A program made the translations under genes and the position numbers. Below, piece after piece: positions 1-17,048 of a stretch of 64,000 bases of DNA. A model generated the notes under the pieces. The model did no database searches. It was not told the DNA's origin and was given only the letters and a program-made list of their open reading frames with translations. This stretch comes from Eledone cirrhosa (Eukaryota). The stretch lies in NCBI GenBank assembly GCA_964016885.1, contig OZ024743.1:33914001-33978000 (forward strand), given 5' to 3'. The first letter of the stretch is position 1, and each line of letters starts with the position of its first letter.

Positions 1-37
1 ACTGATAGAATTACTTTTTACACTTCATTATTTCATA

Positions 38-130
38 CTTTGCCTTTCATCTTTACGGGGTCGATAAAATAAAGTACCAGTAACGTACTGGGTAATTGCT
101 GGCCTTGTGCCAAATGTAGAAACAATTATT
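38..130 (+). mobile_element. 5'-truncated Meta-core SINE, short-tail subfamily
   Basis: ACTTTGCCTTTCATCTTTACGGGGTCGATAAAATAAAGTACCAG core and AGAAACAATTATT tail; TSD ATTATTTCATA at 27-37 and 125-135. Confidence 0.9.
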
Positions 131-141
131 TCATATAGCAT

Positions 142-208
142 ATAAAATAAAGTACCAGTAATACACTGGGAAATTGCTGGCCTTGTGCCAAAAGTAGAAA
201 CAATTATT
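142..208 (+). mobile_element. Meta-core SINE 3' tail fragment
   Basis: ATAAAATAAAGTACCAG...AGAAACAATTATT; flanked by ATTATTTCATATAGCAT at 125-141 and 203-219. Confidence 0.85.
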
Positions 209-3200
209 TCATATAGCATATATCTGGCAGAGGGTAAGACATGTGAGAAGTGTGTGTGTGTGTGTGTGTGCACGCCTATTGAAATATTTCATAGAAACAT
301 TGGATTACTGCTAATATAAATTTCTGCGAGAAAAAATTATTTTATGTATTGGACATTAGTCTGTGAAAAGGATGGAATTCGTTATAATTAAAAACAAACT
401 GCTGTTTCTTTCTTTTTTGTGTGACTAACAGCATAGCAATGAATACCAAACTACTTAAACTAACCTAGAAAAGACTGGTTAGGAGGAGCTGTTCCACATT
501 TCTAGTGATATGTTGCCTGGGTTTGTTAAAATATGAAGAAATATTGATTTCGAAAAGGAAGAGAAACTAAAGGGAGATAACGTTTTAAATTTCTCTTCAA
601 GTCATTTTGAAGCTAACATTAATAATTCATTTACTACAATAAAAAACATATAGAAATATAGTAATGATGTGCGTTGTTTAAGAAGCCCTGTGACTTTGAA
701 ACTATTTGAATGCTAATAGGATTTTTTTTTCACAAGGGACGTAACTTAGCATGTTTCTCATGAGATTATATTATAAATTTTTACTTGCTAAGTTGCTATC
801 AAATGTGAAAATCTTAGAATAACAAAACTTTCTTTACACAGTTTTATGTGCCTCAGCGTAAAAAAAATGTTTTAATTTAAATTTTTCATAGCATTATTGA
901 AAAGTAATGCAATTATTTTGGTTTTTAAAAAAATGATCATACATTGATGATAGTTGTTGTTAGTCTGTTATTGTAGTTTCTAATCGGGAATGTAACTTAT
1001 GGATTATCTTGGTAGGTTATCTAGATATTTAAATTCCATAAATTCGTATGGAATAAGTATTATGAATACTAAGCCAGGAAACCATTTTTGAAGATCGTAT
1101 TATTATTTTTTGCTTTTTTGTTTGTTTTATTTTTATTTTTAAATCAACGCTGATTAATAAAAACCAGGAGAAAATACTGCTGTTACAAAACCAGGTAACA
1201 AAATTATAATTTCAAGGAAACTCAATGCAAAAAAAAAAACGAACAATAGTCAGATTTAACGTCAATTTGAAAATGCAACAAATTGTAACATATGTCTTCA
1301 TTAGATATTTTAATCCAGTGCAAGATTAACAATTTTACACATTACAACCAAAGTCTCCCTAACTTTAGATTACTCTTGTTGGTTACAACCAGTTGTCTGT
1401 GACCATTCTAGAAACATTACTGGATTGGTAATAAATTCATGATATTTTAATTTATTCTTACATTCTCAGAATATTACCAAAATCAAGGAAAATGTTTTCT
1501 ATAGTATAATTCCAATTGGTTAAAAACTAAAATAATTTTGGTATGCATTTTAAAAATATAAACCCTTTAGAATATAAGTCATGCCAAATAACGAAAAAAT
1601 ATCTATATATATATATATAAACATTTTTACTTTACTTAAATTGTTTCATGATCTCATTTACATTTAAGATGTTTTAAGGGATTTCTCAAAATATTTTGAA
1701 TTTATAAAATCTAGAAAAAAAACTTGCAGCCAAAGCATTTCATGCAATAATTCAATCAAAAATAAGATGTAAAGTCAAACATTTCGGACAATTTGTTTCA
1801 GAAGCAATTAAAATAAAAAAATAAAATGTTATTTAAGATAGTCAGTCAGAAATTAATTAAAAATGATGTTGTATGCTTATGTATTTTTATTGTGTTGGTG
1901 AGTAACTTATTGATTTCATTTGTACTTCTTTCTTGCTATTTGGATAAATAATAATAATATTTATAATTATTACTCAATTAACTTAAAAAAAATAATGAAT
2001 ATTTACTTATTTCTATTTATTTAAATGTGTAAATAGACATGTATTTACAAACAGATTTTAGTTTAATCCTACACACACACATATATATACTGAAATATAT
2101 TGAAATGTTAAAATGTTTCTTGTTCCAAATAATATTTAAAAACTTTCTGTCAACATTTCTAAACCTCCACTGGAGTAATGAAGGACTACTGTGACTATGA
2201 ACATTGTTCTCTGAACTTCATGAACTGCATAAAACAGATAAAAACAAACACGAACTGCATAAAACAACATATAAAACACACAAACAACCCTTGTTATTAA
2301 TGAGTTAAAAAAAAATAAAAGGATATTATGTTTAAATGATAAAGATTCAATTGTTTAAAAAATTGAAAATAAATAACCAAAATCTTTAAAAGTATTTGTT
2401 ATTCCATTGTCAATTGATAAAAGCATGATTTTAAAGAAAGTTATGCATGTGTAAAAAATATAAATATAGGATATACCCAAAAAGAAACAAAGAAAAGTGG
2501 GAAAGGAAAAAGTAATTAAAATGAACATTTTTATTAATAGTAATTTTATATGGATTCATTTGTTTTGTTTTACCAGAATAATCATGATAATGAATAAAGA
2601 AATGTTTGATTGAATTTTAATTCCTTTTTCTACCCATCTAACCTCCTTTCGTAATAAAAAAATAAATTCCTTTCCCTCTCATTTAAAAATCCTTCCCTAA
2701 AATTTTCCCTTATTTTCCTCCTAAAATCTAACTAACTTTCCTTTTTATTAATTTTTCACACAGGAATCAATGTCAATTTTCAAAATAATTAGAATCTTTT
2801 CTTAGCTATATTGTAATAAAAGTATGTTTTTTATTTGTTTTGCGACTATTTAAAAGAACAATAAAAAGTATCCCAAATTAAGAAAGCCTGTGTATGGGAT
2901 AAGAGAAGGAATTTTTTAACATCTTCACTTTTCCTCTTGGAGTTTCCTGCAACAAGTTACCTGGCTTCATTAAAATTTATTCAACCCCCAAATATGCACA
3001 TGCATGTCCTGATTATGTTCACATTTCTGGTTTTAATGTTCTATAAATGCATGTCTACCCCTAATTTACATAAAATTTGCATTAAATATCAATATTAAAC
3101 TTTTACTATTTTCAACATACAACTAACATTAGAGCTTTAAATCCTTTAGTTAATAACATTTTATCCTGTAACTATCACTATCATAATCACTACTAATATT

Positions 3201-3818
3201 ATCAGTAACTAAATTTAGCTGCTATAAAATTTAATAACTCAATTCCAAATGCTAATACAAAAATGATCAAATATTAATAACATAAACTAGAAGTATCAAT
3301 AAATTTAAAATTTATGATCTGAGTTTCTTTGAAATTACTTTATAACTAATGAAGATATAAAGTGCACTTGAGAAGTAAAAATTAACTGGTATAATATTGT
3401 TTTTATAAATATTTTCCACCTCTAAAAATGGCATGATTTCACTTGTACTTGTTTTGCTCTGGCACATACTACCTTGTTACCTGGTGTTAAAACGATTTGC
3501 CATTAGTTTAGTTATTTATTTAATTTTGATGTTGCTTGATCCTTTTACCTGGAATGTGACATCCATTTAGGTGAAATTGTATCGTCTTTCATACCTTTTT
3601 TAAAAATGCATTGTTTACCGTATATATCAAATCTTAATGACAAACTGAGAGTACATTTTATGTTTTGTTTTGTTACACTTTACAACCGTTTTATTAACTT
3701 ACTTTTTCGAAAAATTAACATTTTGCAGTAAGAAAGTAATCAGAGAAGAAGGGGGGAACAACCAAAGGCAGAAGAAGAAAAAAGGAAAGACTGGGAGAAA
3801 ACATGTAAACTCAATTAC

Positions 3819-4007
3819 ATGCCACAACAGGAGGCGCTGGAGTTCCTTCACTTCTAATAATATTTGAGGCAAGGCAACATACGGCATCGCTGTGGGCGAT
3901 GGTCAAGCTAAGGTGCTGAAATAAGCAAGCACCCTTGCTCATATCAACTGATACTTCGGTATGGCAAGCCACCAACAATGACAAGAACTTCATTGTCAGC
4001 GGCATTT
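3819..4007 (-). ncRNA. candidate structured RNA or conserved non-coding element
   Basis: GC-richer island with several stems; the longest (14 bp) pairs fully only on the minus strand using G-U pairs; no family recognised. Confidence 0.3.
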
Positions 4008-6582
4008 CTTTTTTTTCTTTCTTGGATGGTGACTTAATGGCCAAACGATATCAGAGAAAAATATTAACACAAGGGAGAGCAGCATCAAATTCGATTGAAG
4101 ATTAAATTTAAAGGGAAATAATTCAAATAGTAATGCAGGAGTCAGCTCCCGTGTTATTCTTTATTTTTTTTAAGCATAAAATTATATAAAGTGCAGTTAA
4201 TTTTTAGTTTTGAGGAAGAATCCATTTTTCATTATCCCCACTAAACTATTATTATTATTATTATTTTCCTCTATTTCTTTTCTTCAGGTTGTTAGTTTTG
4301 AAGAGTTTTCTTGCTTAAAGCCTTAATTTTAAAATAGCATTCATTGTTATAATTTTTTGTTACAGTTACTATAGAAATGTTATCTCTATTGGTACTAGTT
4401 AATAAAATGAGTTATTTCTTCATATGCTTTATCTTATATGATGAAATGTTATTAGATATAACACGATTTAATAGGTATTAGTATTCTTTTATATATAGCC
4501 ACTTCTCTATTCAGGTTCAACTAGGTTTAACCAGCGTGTGCACACACGTGTATGTGTGTGTTAGGAAGATGAGTTATATATATATATATATACTTAGAGT
4601 GTTCTTTTTTATTCTACAGAAACTCAGGGCTCCTTTAACTTCCATATCCTTCTCCGCCAGGTTGCCCTATATCTCCAAGTACATCTAGCCCTAATTAGCA
4701 AGTTGCTGACTACTAGGATATGCTGGAAGATACATTCCTCACCTGGGAGGGACTTTGTGTTTACAACCATTGCTCTATCTCACTTTCTGGAGAGGATGGA
4801 ATTTATTTGGCCAGTGTTCTCATCTTATATATATAAAATATGTCATGTTATTTTGTTTAATTGGGTGAATTAGTGGTTAGCATGGCAAAACTAGTACCAC
4901 TCAACCAAGATACTTTAAATACGACTCTGTTACTTGTATGGAGTCACCCCATCAATAAATGTTTGTCCTAATTTTATACCTATACATCTGCAACCCAACA
5001 TTATATATTCCTACTTCAACTAAACACTGACAGAATTGAACAACATAATTCTCTTAGCTTACAAAATAAATTGACTGGGATCTTTTCTACCTCAAAGTGA
5101 AATATGTCTGAAAATTACTGAACGCTAACATGGTTATAAGCAACTACATAAAGAATGGAAAAACAGGACTATCTAAATTCCTATGCAATAAGCTCTTCCA
5201 ATTTTGCTAGTACTAAATATAAAGTGAAGCAAAGTATATATCTTTGTAAGGGATTATGTCAAATATTTTTGTAGTTCTTTCAGTAGTACATTGTTTTATA
5301 AGGGTTTTAAGAAGCTCATGCTTCTAAAACTACGATATGTTAGCACTATAAAGATAAATATATTTCAATAAAGAATAATGAATGTAAGTGGCATATTTTT
5401 TTCATGTAGTTTCTCTTGGATAACTCAGTTTTTTATATAAACGCACTAATTACCATATAAGGTTTCATTTAGAGCAGAAGGTAAACCCAATTTCTTTTTT
5501 TTTTTTTTTTTTTCAAATCCCTTGGATTCCTTGAATTTATACTAACCCATAATTTCTTTCAATATCACTAATTACTTCATTGGTAGCTGGAAAGCAATCT
5601 ACTAAGAGAGAGAGGGAATAAGTCAAATGGTGTATGGTGCAAATATAAATGTCCAGTAGATAGACATGTACTGAAATACCAACAAATTATATATACATAT
5701 ATATACATATATATATGAAACGTTGTAAAATTTTACATATTAATATACACATAATTGTGTTGGTATTTATATCCAGAGTGTTTCTTCGATGCAGGTCACA
5801 CTGTCATCATTAGATGTACCTTGTCATTTCAGAAAGTTTGTCACTAGTTGCTATGATTTGGGATCTAATGACAGAAGTCTCTTCGTGCAAGGAAAGATGT
5901 TGTTTTTTTCTTCTATGAAATAATAGCCAAAGATGACGACTATTATGAAATCAACTACAATTGCAAAAGAAATAATATAAGTGAAACCATCCAAAATATT
6001 GAGGATCGTATCTGGATGGATGTAAAGTGGAGTTATGTTTTATTTTCAAAACAAAAAGCACAGTTGGTTCTGTACACCATGAAATGGAACACAAACAGTA
6101 TCAAGTTCAGAAATAATAAAATAAATAAATATGATGAATCAATGTATTATTTGAAATACAAATAAAAATCCATTTTTTTTTTTCATCAAAGATTTAAAAG
6201 GGGTAAATTTAAAGAAGTTTTCATCTTCAAATATTGGGTGATGAAAAAAGCATGAAATAAAATGAAATGCATATGATGCATCAGCAAGTGATGTCGTGAG
6301 ACAGTTATGAGTGTTCATGAGCTCTTCATGAAATGGTGATTGTGTGGAGCAATATATGCTACATTGCAGCAAAGAAAAGTTAATTTTGGTGAGAAGAAGC
6401 CACTCCAGGAGCACAATTTAAAAAATGCTCCCAGAAAAAAAAAAAAGTATAAATTTGAAATAATCATTTTTTTCTTCCTAATTTTACACTGGTTCAACAA
6501 AACAAACTATCATCTAAAAGCATAGAGGCAATATAGAAATAGCTTAAAAAATCAATTGAAATATGCACCAGCACTCTCTCTT

Positions 6583-6632
<50 letters not shown>

Positions 6633-8829
6633 GTTACACAGATTGACAACACATTTGTGGCTGGTGAATTTCACAGAAATACTTGACAGGTAATGGTATG
6701 AATTCATGATGGGATCATTTGAGGATTATTATTAGAATTATACATCACTAATATATAATATATAAGCATTACTCCAGCACTGACCACTATTGACAGGAAA
6801 GATTTAAACTTCTGATTGAAAATAATAACAAACAGAATTTAGTCAATCCATTTAGCAAAGATTATGATATTTCAGTGCTGTTTAAAATCTCGTGTGAAAT
6901 CTCACAGAATATTACAGAACAGTTATTTTATAAAAATGCCAAATAGTATTTTTTACTTCTAAATGTATGATCCCATTATACTCACAAATCATGGAATGTT
7001 TTGTTTGAAAAAAAACAATGTTTTGTGATCCAGCATGTGTTAAACTATGTACTAATGTTTCTTATATTTATTTGTATGCTTGCTACCTTTTCCTGCAAGT
7101 CTCTAATTGTTCTCAATGTATTTTCTCTTGTTCAAAATGTTCAATTTATCATCATCATCATCACCACAATCATCATCTGCATCATCATTATAATTGTCAG
7201 CAGCACCAATATGTTTCTTAGCACTGAAATGTTTATCAATGAGAATAATTTCAAAAGTGTCTGATCCATTATATTATAAATATCATTAGCAAATAAGCAT
7301 GCGCATGTCATAAAACATACTGATATACAGAGAGTATGAAAAAATTAGCAACATGAATTGCATTTCCCACTGTTAAATAAGGAATTAGTAATACTATACA
7401 TAACAATATATGAAGAGACTTTGCCAGGTATTTTTAACATCTCAGTCACTATATAAAAATATCCATTAATTGATTGCGCTACCATGTCCTTTGCAAACTT
7501 GCAAACCATCAAGTGTACAGTGAGTGCTGATTGAAATAGTTATAACAGAATTTAACTTCCGAAATGTTTTTTGTTAACAATTCTGAAACCTGAACTTGTT
7601 TGCTTCTTGAGGATGATATTCATAGAGAAAAATTCTATGGTGAATATTATGAGACAGCTATGTTATTTTAGTGTCCAGATTCAAACATCAGATTTGATAC
7701 AATATGGTTCATCAAATTTGAATATATGTATTGAGTACCTATTTTGTTTATACACCCGCTAGAACAGACAAATGTATGTTTGTTTTAGTAGATAGCTTTT
7801 AAATATAGTCTGAGCCAATTAGATTGGAGGTACAATGTGTTTTTAATTCATCTTATCCAACCTGTATCAAAATCTATAAACATATTTTAGACTTGAAAAG
7901 TTAGTGCTGACAACGTTGTTGATAATGATAATGACAACATTGATGATAATGATGATATTTACATACTACATATATGTACATATACGTTTATGTATATAAG
8001 AATATAAGTGCATTTGTGACCCACTAAAGGGCTTGACCTCTGCTCAATATTTTGTTGTGTTTTGTTTTGTTTTGAAAATGTCATTGAAAAATTACAAACC
8101 AAATTTGCTAAAATAAGAAATGTAAGTATTTTTATATTTTGCTACAAAAAGAAAAAAAAGGTAAAACTGATTAACAGTTTCATTGAAGTTATATCTATAA
8201 ATCTATATCTGGAAAGAATGTATTTCTTTGTCTCATTTACATACTTAAATTTTGTTTATTTAGCATTTATTGAATATCTCAACGGAGTGTCTGGTATTGT
8301 GAAAACTACCAGAAGTATATACTTTAATTACTGAACAATTGTTTAAAGTAATTAGCTTCTCACAAGATGAAATGCTGAGTGCAGCTTTACATATTTTTCT
8401 GGCAAGATTAAGTTAATTAAACTTGATGTGACATTTAGCTGTTTATTATGATCTGTCAAATGTTTGACCTCTAATGATGGAATTGAACCAATATGCTGAT
8501 GTTCTGTAGCACAATTTGCCTGTGTTTTAAAGGTTAGACATCCTCAAACAGCCTTCTTGAGAGTTATTATTTGAATATAAATGATCACATGGTATGTTTA
8601 TCACTAATTGGTGTATGAACTTACTAGTTATGGTCTTGCCTGTTTGATCCCAGCTCCAGATTTAAAATTCCTTATTTTATAGTATCAAAGGCAGTAAAAG
8701 CAATATTAAGCGAAGCTACCTTTGTAGAAATAGTTAAGATAAAGGAAGATAGAGAAAGAAAGAGGTTGGGATTTATAAGATAAGGGGAGGGTGTCACTTA
8801 GATTTTTGTTTCAAAATGTGTCTGCAAGC

Positions 8830-9050
8830 AGGGTTCTTACATATTCCCCTAAGTTCTACTCCCAGATCAGGCAGCACCTTTTGTTCTTGAGCTTCATTTC
8901 ACATTACTTGAGCCAAATCAGCTGAAAATAACTAGCAGCAGCAGCTGAGATGTTAACCCTGGCATCTTGTTCAAGGGGGAAGTCTTGTATTCTCAGTCAT
9001 ATAATGCCAATGAACCCCAAATAAGCTCTAGCCAAATGAGTCTTAGGTTT
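8830..9050 (+). mobile_element. old degenerate CORE-type SINE
   Basis: TTGTTCTTGAGC...CAGCTGAAAAT...CTTGTTCAAGGGGGAAG...ATAAGCTCT resembles the copy at 9700. Confidence 0.5.
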
Positions 9051-9699
9051 TGGACAGACGTTGACTGGTTTTAACCTATAGTTAGTTTCCTCAATGCATT
9101 GACTAATGCAATAATAGATTGCATTAGCTGGAGCAATGTGACAATATCAGAAAATTTTCTTTTAAACTTGATAAAATTTCAATGTTTTCTAAATTCTCAT
9201 ATTCAAAGAGATTTTAAGTTGTTAAATACAACCTAAAATGTAGAACATCCTTTACTGACCGACAGTTAATAAATAAAACAAATAATCTATATATATATGT
9301 TGTATATGTAATAGGTAAATGTATATTGTATGTTGTGTGATTATATATGTGCAAAGCCAAGAGTATGTGTGCAGATATGTATAATTTTATGTTTAATTTC
9401 AGTAGGAGTTACAGACTTTTTTTTCTATCTTGTCAAGGCATTATTGCTATCATTTCTCAATTCTTCTGGCAGAACCTGATGCTTCTATTTTACTTCCAAG
9501 GAATTTTATGTTTTTATTTTTTTCGAGCCCTGTATTATTTTTGTTTCATAAATAGTCATTAAAGAAGGAAGAAGGAAACCTTTAGAGTTGAGGTTATCTA
9601 TTAGTGTTGTGTGAAATATATTAAAAGAACAGTTTTCATACCAATTGACTGAACTGAAAATTGTATTTTTAATATTTTCAATTTTTTTTTTAAATGAAA

Positions 9700-9950
9700 G
9701 TGCATAGCTTAGTGGTGTTTGACTCACAATCATAAGGTTGTGAGTTTGATTTCAGGCTAGGTAATGCATTGTACTCTTGAGCAAGGGTCTTCATTTCATG
9801 CTGCTTCACTTCACTCAGCTGAAAATGAGTACTGGTGGCAGCTGGGGGTTAGCCCTGTAATGAATTTACGTCTTGTTCAGGGGGAAGTTGTGTATTCCAG
9901 GCTGCTTAACACCTATGAAAACAGGATAAGCTCTGGGCTTTGTCCAACCT
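9700..9950 (+). mobile_element. CORE-type tRNA-derived SINE, degenerate
   Basis: A-box-like TAGCTTAGTGG, B-box-like GAGTTTGATTTC, then CTCTTGAGCAAG core. Confidence 0.75.
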
Positions 9951-10644
9951 GTGCAGACAGAGTAAAGCAGATGTAAAATAACCTTAACTCTTTTACTTTT
10001 TCATAAAGGGATCAACTATTTTCACTTAAAAGAATATAATGAGGTAACTTTATAATGAAATGACGTTAAATAAGTCGATGTTACTTTTAGAATTAAGTAA
10101 AATATGCAGGGACAGATTACAATGAGTTTCACTTCTGGCTACGACATTAAGATTTGCATTTTATTAATTCTTTCTTTATCTCATATATATATAATGTCTA
10201 TATGTACATATGTATACATATATTTATACATGTATATATATGTACATATTTATGATGCATATAAATATATATGTATAACAGTGTGTGTGTATGTCTGTGG
10301 AATTTTCTGTAATTCTTCAATGACCACCAAAACATTAAAAAGTTAATGCAGAATCAACAAAATCATTCTTTTTGTTAATTTGTAATTCTTAAAATGAACT
10401 TAATTTTAACACAGAACTGTTTGCACTGTTGTGTAGATTTACTTTTGTGAAAATCTCCTTTGAGCATGTCTGCCTATCTGTGTATGTTTGTATAAAACAT
10501 TGTGGCATACATTTCTAAATACAAAATGTTCCCAATTTATGTGGAAAATTTACTGTCAATTTTTTTCATCTAAATTTTTTCAAATTTTTCCCTTTCCTTA
10601 TCCCCTGTTTTATTTTCGAATGCCTTTGTAACTTTACATGTAAA

Positions 10645-10995
10645 AGCATGTGGCTTAGTGGTTAGGGCGCTGGACTCATGATTGTAATGTTATAAGTTTG
10701 ATTCTCAGACCGGGCAACACTGTGTTCTTGAGCAAGACGCTTTATTTCAGGCTGCTCCAGTCCACTCCGCTGGAAAAATATAAGTTACCACAACATTAGT
10801 GCCAAGCTGTATTGGCTTTTGCCTTCACTTTGGACAACATTGGTGTTGTGGAGAGGAGAAGACTGTCATGCATGGGTGATGTATGGTCTTCTATGAAACA
10901 ATGTGTGCATGTTTGTGTCTGAGAGAGGCAAACCATGGTCAGTGAGCTTCCTTTGTCAAGCAATTGACTCAACAATACATTTGTGGGATTCATTG
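10645..10995 (+). mobile_element. CORE-type tRNA-derived SINE
   Basis: GTGGCTTAGTGGTTAGGG head, GTGTTCTTGAGCAAGACGCTTTATTTC core, tail similar to the 22730 copy. Confidence 0.8.
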
Positions 10996-11471
10996 CAAAC
11001 CATAAGAGTTTATGTTTAATCATGGTGGGAAATGAAACAAAAACTAAATGATAGGGAAATTCATTTTAAAATATATTGTTATATTAAGAACATGAATATA
11101 ATGTATTATTTCAAGACCTTGCTTAACATATCAAACTTTGGCTTGTGCTCACGACAGAATCTGCTGATGTGTCACATCAACGAGATGATTGCATACCCGT
11201 AGCGATATATATATATACACATACATATATATATATATATATGTACATATATACATATGAATTCCAAAAGCTTTACATCCCAAATAGAGTGAAAATATAT
11301 GTATCCCCTGTTGGTTTTGGTCAGGTGCAATGAAGTTTGTATATTGAGTAATTCATATATAAAAGAAAAAGAAATGAATGCTGGAAAAAAATTTTAATCT
11401 CACACTTTTAATATTGGTTTGCATAATCCCAATGTAATAAGATTTGAGGTTAACATACCCTCCCTACAAAT

Positions 11472-11510
<39 letters not shown>

Positions 11511-12674
11511 TGTAGCATATCATGAACAACTATTATAAGGTTTTGCAAAGAGATAAAGAATCTAAAATTCGTTGTTTCTTTTATCTCTACATAGTCTACA
11601 GGAAACACTGTTCCTGTTTCTGCAAACAAACAAAACGAAAAGAAAGAAAAAAGTATATACCTGATACAAATTCCTCTCTTTTGGTGGAAGCCACATATAA
11701 ATAACTGATTTAAAATAAAACGTTTTTTTTTTAAATTCTTTGTAACATTGCTATCATTGTCAACAGAGAAAAATGAATGGGTAAGAAAGAAACCCAAACT
11801 GAATTTTCATGATTTCACAAAGCCCCAGATGTTAACACTGATACATTCCATTAGAACTGTGATACATAAGGTCAGTTCTACTAGTTCTGTTTTAAAGGAA
11901 AGTGTCTCAATTTGCAGTTGCTGGAAAGGAAATGAAAGAATTTTATGTGACTAAATTTTTTTTTAAAGTCAAAGTTATGGATATGGATAGATTATTTCAA
12001 TGTATATCTTCAACAATCATTACAACTCCATACATATGGAAACTGATGCCAAATTATATACTTAAAAAGACCAGAAAATAAGAGAAACTTTCTATATATA
12101 TAAAAGGGTCAATTATGTTGAAGAAAAATAGATGGTAACAATGATTGGATAGATGTGAGAACAGTTGAAGAAACTGTCAAAGAGTAACCATATGGACGAA
12201 AAATATTTGATATGAAATGAAACCAAAATATTTGTAAAACTGAACAGCTAGACAAAGAAAAAAAGACACTAAACAAAAAAAAAATACAAAACGAGAAAAA
12301 AAAAACTCCTCACACCAATCAAGCACATCCATGCTTACTTCTTCATAAGCACTGATGTACATATACTAACGTGGCCACATTTTTACATATTTTTCTCTTT
12401 CTTATTAATTAATTAATCTATTTAATAACCTTGTCTTATTTGTAAGCAAAATAGTTTTTTGTTGCTTTATACTTGGCTACTGGATGAAAAATTTAATCAA
12501 ATCAAAACAAGAATCTATTTCAAAGACACCAAAACCCTAAACCAAACCAAAGCGTCACTGAATCTTTAAAAAAAAAAAAAAAAAAATTAAAAAAAGGATG
12601 TTTTTTCAAGAGGAAAATTTACTAGTCATTCAACTATCTCTCGCTAAAAGTATATGGATGTTTTTTTGAAAATT

Positions 12675-14909
<2,235 letters not shown>

Positions 14910-15109
14910 NNNNNNNNNNNNNNNNNNNNNNNNNNNNNNNNNNNNNNNNNNNNNNNNNNNNNNNNNNNNNNNNNNNNNNNNNNNNNNNNNNNNNNNNNNN
15001 NNNNNNNNNNNNNNNNNNNNNNNNNNNNNNNNNNNNNNNNNNNNNNNNNNNNNNNNNNNNNNNNNNNNNNNNNNNNNNNNNNNNNNNNNNNNNNNNNNNN
15101 NNNNNNNNN
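14910..15109. other. assembly gap of 200 N
   Basis: run of N; a round size suggests an arbitrary scaffolding gap, so the flanks may not be contiguous. Confidence 0.98.
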
Positions 15110-15129
15110 GACTAATAGTAAATTCATTA

Positions 15130-15131
15130 TC

Positions 15132-15215
<84 letters not shown>

Positions 15216-15367
15216 ATATGTATATATAATTATATACCTATATATATATGTACATATATGTGTGTGTGTATGCATATGTATATGTATATATAATTCTACA
15301 CACATATAGGCATATCTGTGTGTATACCTATTTATATATCAGTTTATTTGTATATTTACATATATAT

Positions 15368-15433
<66 letters not shown>

Positions 15434-15469
15434 CTGTGTATTTATATATATATATACACGTATTTATGT

Positions 15470-15552
<83 letters not shown>

Positions 15553-15565
15553 CATATATATATAA
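15130..15565. repeat. (TA)n/(TG)n/(CA)n microsatellites
   Basis: direct reading. Confidence 0.95.
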
Positions 15566-16574
15566 TATGCACATACATTTATTTAAAAATAATTTGATTG
15601 CTTTTTAGTCTATGTATATGTTATGAAAGCTACTTGTACAATGTCAAGACTGGTGACATGCCAAATGGACAATTAAGTTACACGACTGCTCCCTAATATT
15701 GGAACAGTGGAACTATATATAAATATATATATAAGGACCTTTCAAATTTGCATTTGAAGTTGGGAAATATCCCAACCAAATTTACACAAGAAAAGAATCT
15801 AAAATGGGGGAATTATAGTGACCATAATTTTTAAATTTAAAAAGATACTCAGTGGATATTTGTGAATATTTCCTGAAAAAAAAGGAATATCTTAAATCAG
15901 TTTTGAAAGTTTTTCATTTCTTTGTTTAATCCCTTTTAAATTTTAAAACAAACAACAAAAATAAAAGCCAATACATGTTGAAGAGTTTTACAAAAATCCT
16001 CCTGCTCCCTTGAAATTATGTCTGTTGTCTATAAAAGAAACAAAAACATTTATCTTGTTATTGTATTTTTTGTTTTTATTCTGCTTGTAATATGTACTGA
16101 GATCTTCCAAAAAAACACCCAGGTGTTTGAACTTGAGACCAAACTGGTGGGTTTTTTTTTCCTAAAACTGAGCTGTGAAATAGATTGTTGTATCAGAGGT
16201 GGAGTCCTGTTTCACTTAATAAGTATTTTACTTTGTTTTCTAGCACCCATAACCCAACCCATCCACACTTTGCTCTGGACTAGATTTTTATTTTACTACT
16301 CTTTAATTTTTCGTAAAAATTTGTTGAAAACATTAAAGTAAGAAATTACTAAGTAAGCGAGAGAAACAGAAAAAAAAAATGGAAAATGATAAAATACTTT
16401 AAAAATTGCGTGTGCATAGCTGAATGTTTTTGTTGTTGTTGTTGTTTTATTTAAATTCATTGTTTATATGACATGAAATCTGAACTTATTGTTTTCATTT
16501 CCCTTTGATGAAACTGTTTTTCTTTGTACTTTAGTTACTTTGAAATTTGTATTTATTATATAATAGTTATGGAT

Positions 16575-16796
16575 ATTATTATTATCCTTATCATTATTAT
16601 TATTATTGTTATTATTATTATTATTATTACTATTATTATTATCATCATCATCATCATCATCATTATCATCATCATCATAGTCATTTATTGATGTCACAAT
16701 TATAATGTTATATCCTGATACTTAAAATACCAAACATACCATAAATAATTGTTATCATTAGTATTTATTATCGTAACAATATATATATATATATAT

Positions 16797-16828
<32 letters not shown>

Positions 16829-16878
16829 ATAGATATATACATACATATATATATACATACATATATATATACATACAC

Positions 16879-16926
<48 letters not shown>

Positions 16927-16976
16927 ATACATACACACACATACATATATATATATACACACACACACACACATAT

Positions 16977-17048
<72 letters not shown>

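Noticed and set aside
3819-4020. 7SK or other Pol III RNA on plus, suggested by the TTTCTTTT end and a UUCG loop
   Set aside because: No GGATG start or GATC motifs, and G-U pairing favours the minus strand.
3811-4044. 77-aa minus-strand ORF
   Set aside because: No recognisable domain or clear splice context; not called as CDS.
5872-6165. Stop-free plus frame of about 97 codons
   Set aside because: No early ATG, no recognisable homology, and it runs into low-complexity A-rich sequence.
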